Made by a program: the position numbers and the translations under genes
Shown here: piece by piece, positions 62,072 to 64,000 of the stretch
Layout of the letters: each line of letters starts with the position of its first letter
Position numbering within the stretch: position 1 is the first letter of the stretch
Assembly: GCA_053919585.1 (NCBI GenBank)
Contig: CM132823.1
Strand: one strand, 5' to 3'
Source of the DNA: Euprymna scolopes
Lineage: Eukaryota
Length of the DNA stretch: 64,000 nt
Notes under the pieces: generated by a model
Seen by the model: only the letters and a program-made list of their open reading frames with translations
Told to the model about the DNA's origin: nothing
The model's database searches: none

Positions 62072-64000
62072 TAATTTATGGTGATCCTCACCCATGTACT
62101 TTCGTCGTGGCTTTAGCAAATTGTCCACTAGCAGCACTACATCTCGCCCAAATATCATATAGTATGGCGAGAATTTTGAAGTTTCATTCTCACAAAATCT
62201 CACTGCAGCTAGTGCCCGAGTTAAATATAAATCCCAATTCTCCTCATTGTCCTTCACCAATTTGGACAATACATCGGCTAAGGTTTTATGGAATCTCTCC
62301 ACCTTAGCGTTGCTCTGCGGGTGATATGGAGATGTCGTCACATGCTCCACCCTCAAACTCTCCAATGCCTCACGCATTATTCTATTTACATTCTCGGGTC
62401 CATTGTCTGTGACTAATTGCACAGGTGACCCATAACGAGGGAAGATTTCAATTAAAATCACATCTGACACGGTCTGTGCCTTTCTATCAGGGAGGGCATA
62501 TGCTTCTGGCCAATTAGTTAGCCAATCTACAAAACTCGCTATATATTGATTTGCCCTGGGGGTCTCTCCATATGGACCTGATATGTCCATACTGACTTTT
62601 TCAAACGGAAAATTCGGTATGTCAGTCTCCCTCAAGGGGGCCAATCGCTGCCTCCTACCCTGGACTTGACATACCTGACAGCCATTTATATACTCTGTGA
62701 CTTCTACATACAATTTTGGCCAGTAGTGCTTTCGGCCGATTAATTCATGGGTCTTATCAATTCCCATGTGTCCCATCCTCTCATGACACTGTACGAGGAT
62801 TTCCCTTCTAAGCGCTCTCGGGACAACCACTCTCAGTCTGGGCTCTTCCTCAGCCCCAGATAGGTAATATAACACATCGTCATGCACTATTAACTTCCTT
62901 GCTTTTCCAGCCTCCGCTTCTTTCCTCAAGGCTAGTATCTCTTCATCCCTCTGACTATTCTCGATTACTTCCTTCCAGTGTGGGTCACTGACGATCACTA
63001 AACTACCCGTTTCATCTTCCTCAAACTCAGGTCTACCCTTCAAGGTATGCGCATTTAAGACATTCACCTGGTAAGCCCTATCATCTACTCCAGGCTCTAA
63101 ATGTATCGATTCTGCTTCTAACTGTTTAGGTATTCGGGATAATAAGTCAGCACAAGTATCATCCTTTCCCGCCAAGTACTCAATTTTACAGTTATAGCCA
63201 CTCAACTTCAGTGCCCATTGCTGAATCTTCTTGTTCGTCCATTCTGCCTCCAGCAGATATTTCAAGGGTTTATGATCAGTTTTGATCGTGAACACGGCTC
63301 CACTAAGGTAGTAGTCTAATTTTTGTACTGCGTACATAATTGCATACGCTTCTTTTTCTATCACCGGCCATCTCTGCTGTGTCTCCGAGAGCCGATGTGA
63401 CAAGAAATACACAGGGACCTCCTCCGGTATATTTGGCACCGGCCCGTCCCTGTCTGGACAAGATTGTGTTAATACCGCACCTATGCATCTATCACTGGCA
63501 TCAGTGTATAAGACCATAGGTCTGCTCAAATCTGGGTAAGTCAAAAGTGGAATCGCTGTTAACTGTTCCCTGAGACAATCAAAGGCTCGCTGACAATCCT
63601 CCGTCCACCTGAATCTAGCGTATTTCTTGGTGAGAGCTATCAGTGGTCCGGCCAATCGCGAGAAGGCAGGGATAAACCTTCTATAGTACCCAATGGCACC
63701 TATAAATCCCCTCACTTCTCTAACACTCTTGGGCGCAGGCATTGCCCTGATTATTTCTACTTTATCCAAATCAGGTTTTATCCCTTCCTTATCGATTATA
63801 AATCCCAAATACTTAGTCTCGTCTTTCATAAATTGACACTTTGGCAATTTTACTTTCAGGTTGTGTTCTCTCAACCTCTCCATCACCTTCTCTAAATGCT
63901 TAATGTGCTCGTCAGGTGTTTTGGAGAACACCAACACATCATCCAGATAGGCCATAGCAAAGCCCTCTAATCCTTCTAAAACAATAGACATCAATTGAGT

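Larger units (their letters stand above)
57925..64000 (-). mobile_element. Gypsy LTR retrotransposon 2 (pol + env), continues beyond the window
   Basis: RT YLDDVL, RNase H LYTDASD, integrase H-H-C-C and DISGP/TDNGPEN/KVERFH. The integrase tail resumes at 59173-59499. Confidence 0.95.

Overview
AT-rich animal (invertebrate-like) draft genomic DNA with three N-gaps and no intact host protein-coding gene that I can recognise. The first ~11 kb holds short non-autonomous elements: foldback MITEs with TSDs, a Helitron 3' end and a 5S-derived SINE. From ~12 kb to the end there is a dense nested patchwork, and every element I can orient lies on the minus strand. It contains an RTE fragment, decayed RING/B-box (TRIM-like) gene copies, a hAT/Buster transposon, a 91 x 54-bp satellite grown from the B-box sequence, and four related but distinct parvovirus NS1 endogenous viral elements with terminal hairpins and VP/PLA2 fragments. 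It also holds Sola2-like, Transib/RAG1-like, rosa-like, Tc1 and Chapaev3 transposons and two Gypsy elements, one with an F-type env. The best overall interpretation, which is inference, is a flamenco-like unistrand piRNA cluster. Candidate + strand non-coding exons lie at its start, and it appears to have repeatedly archived one parvovirus lineage in antisense.
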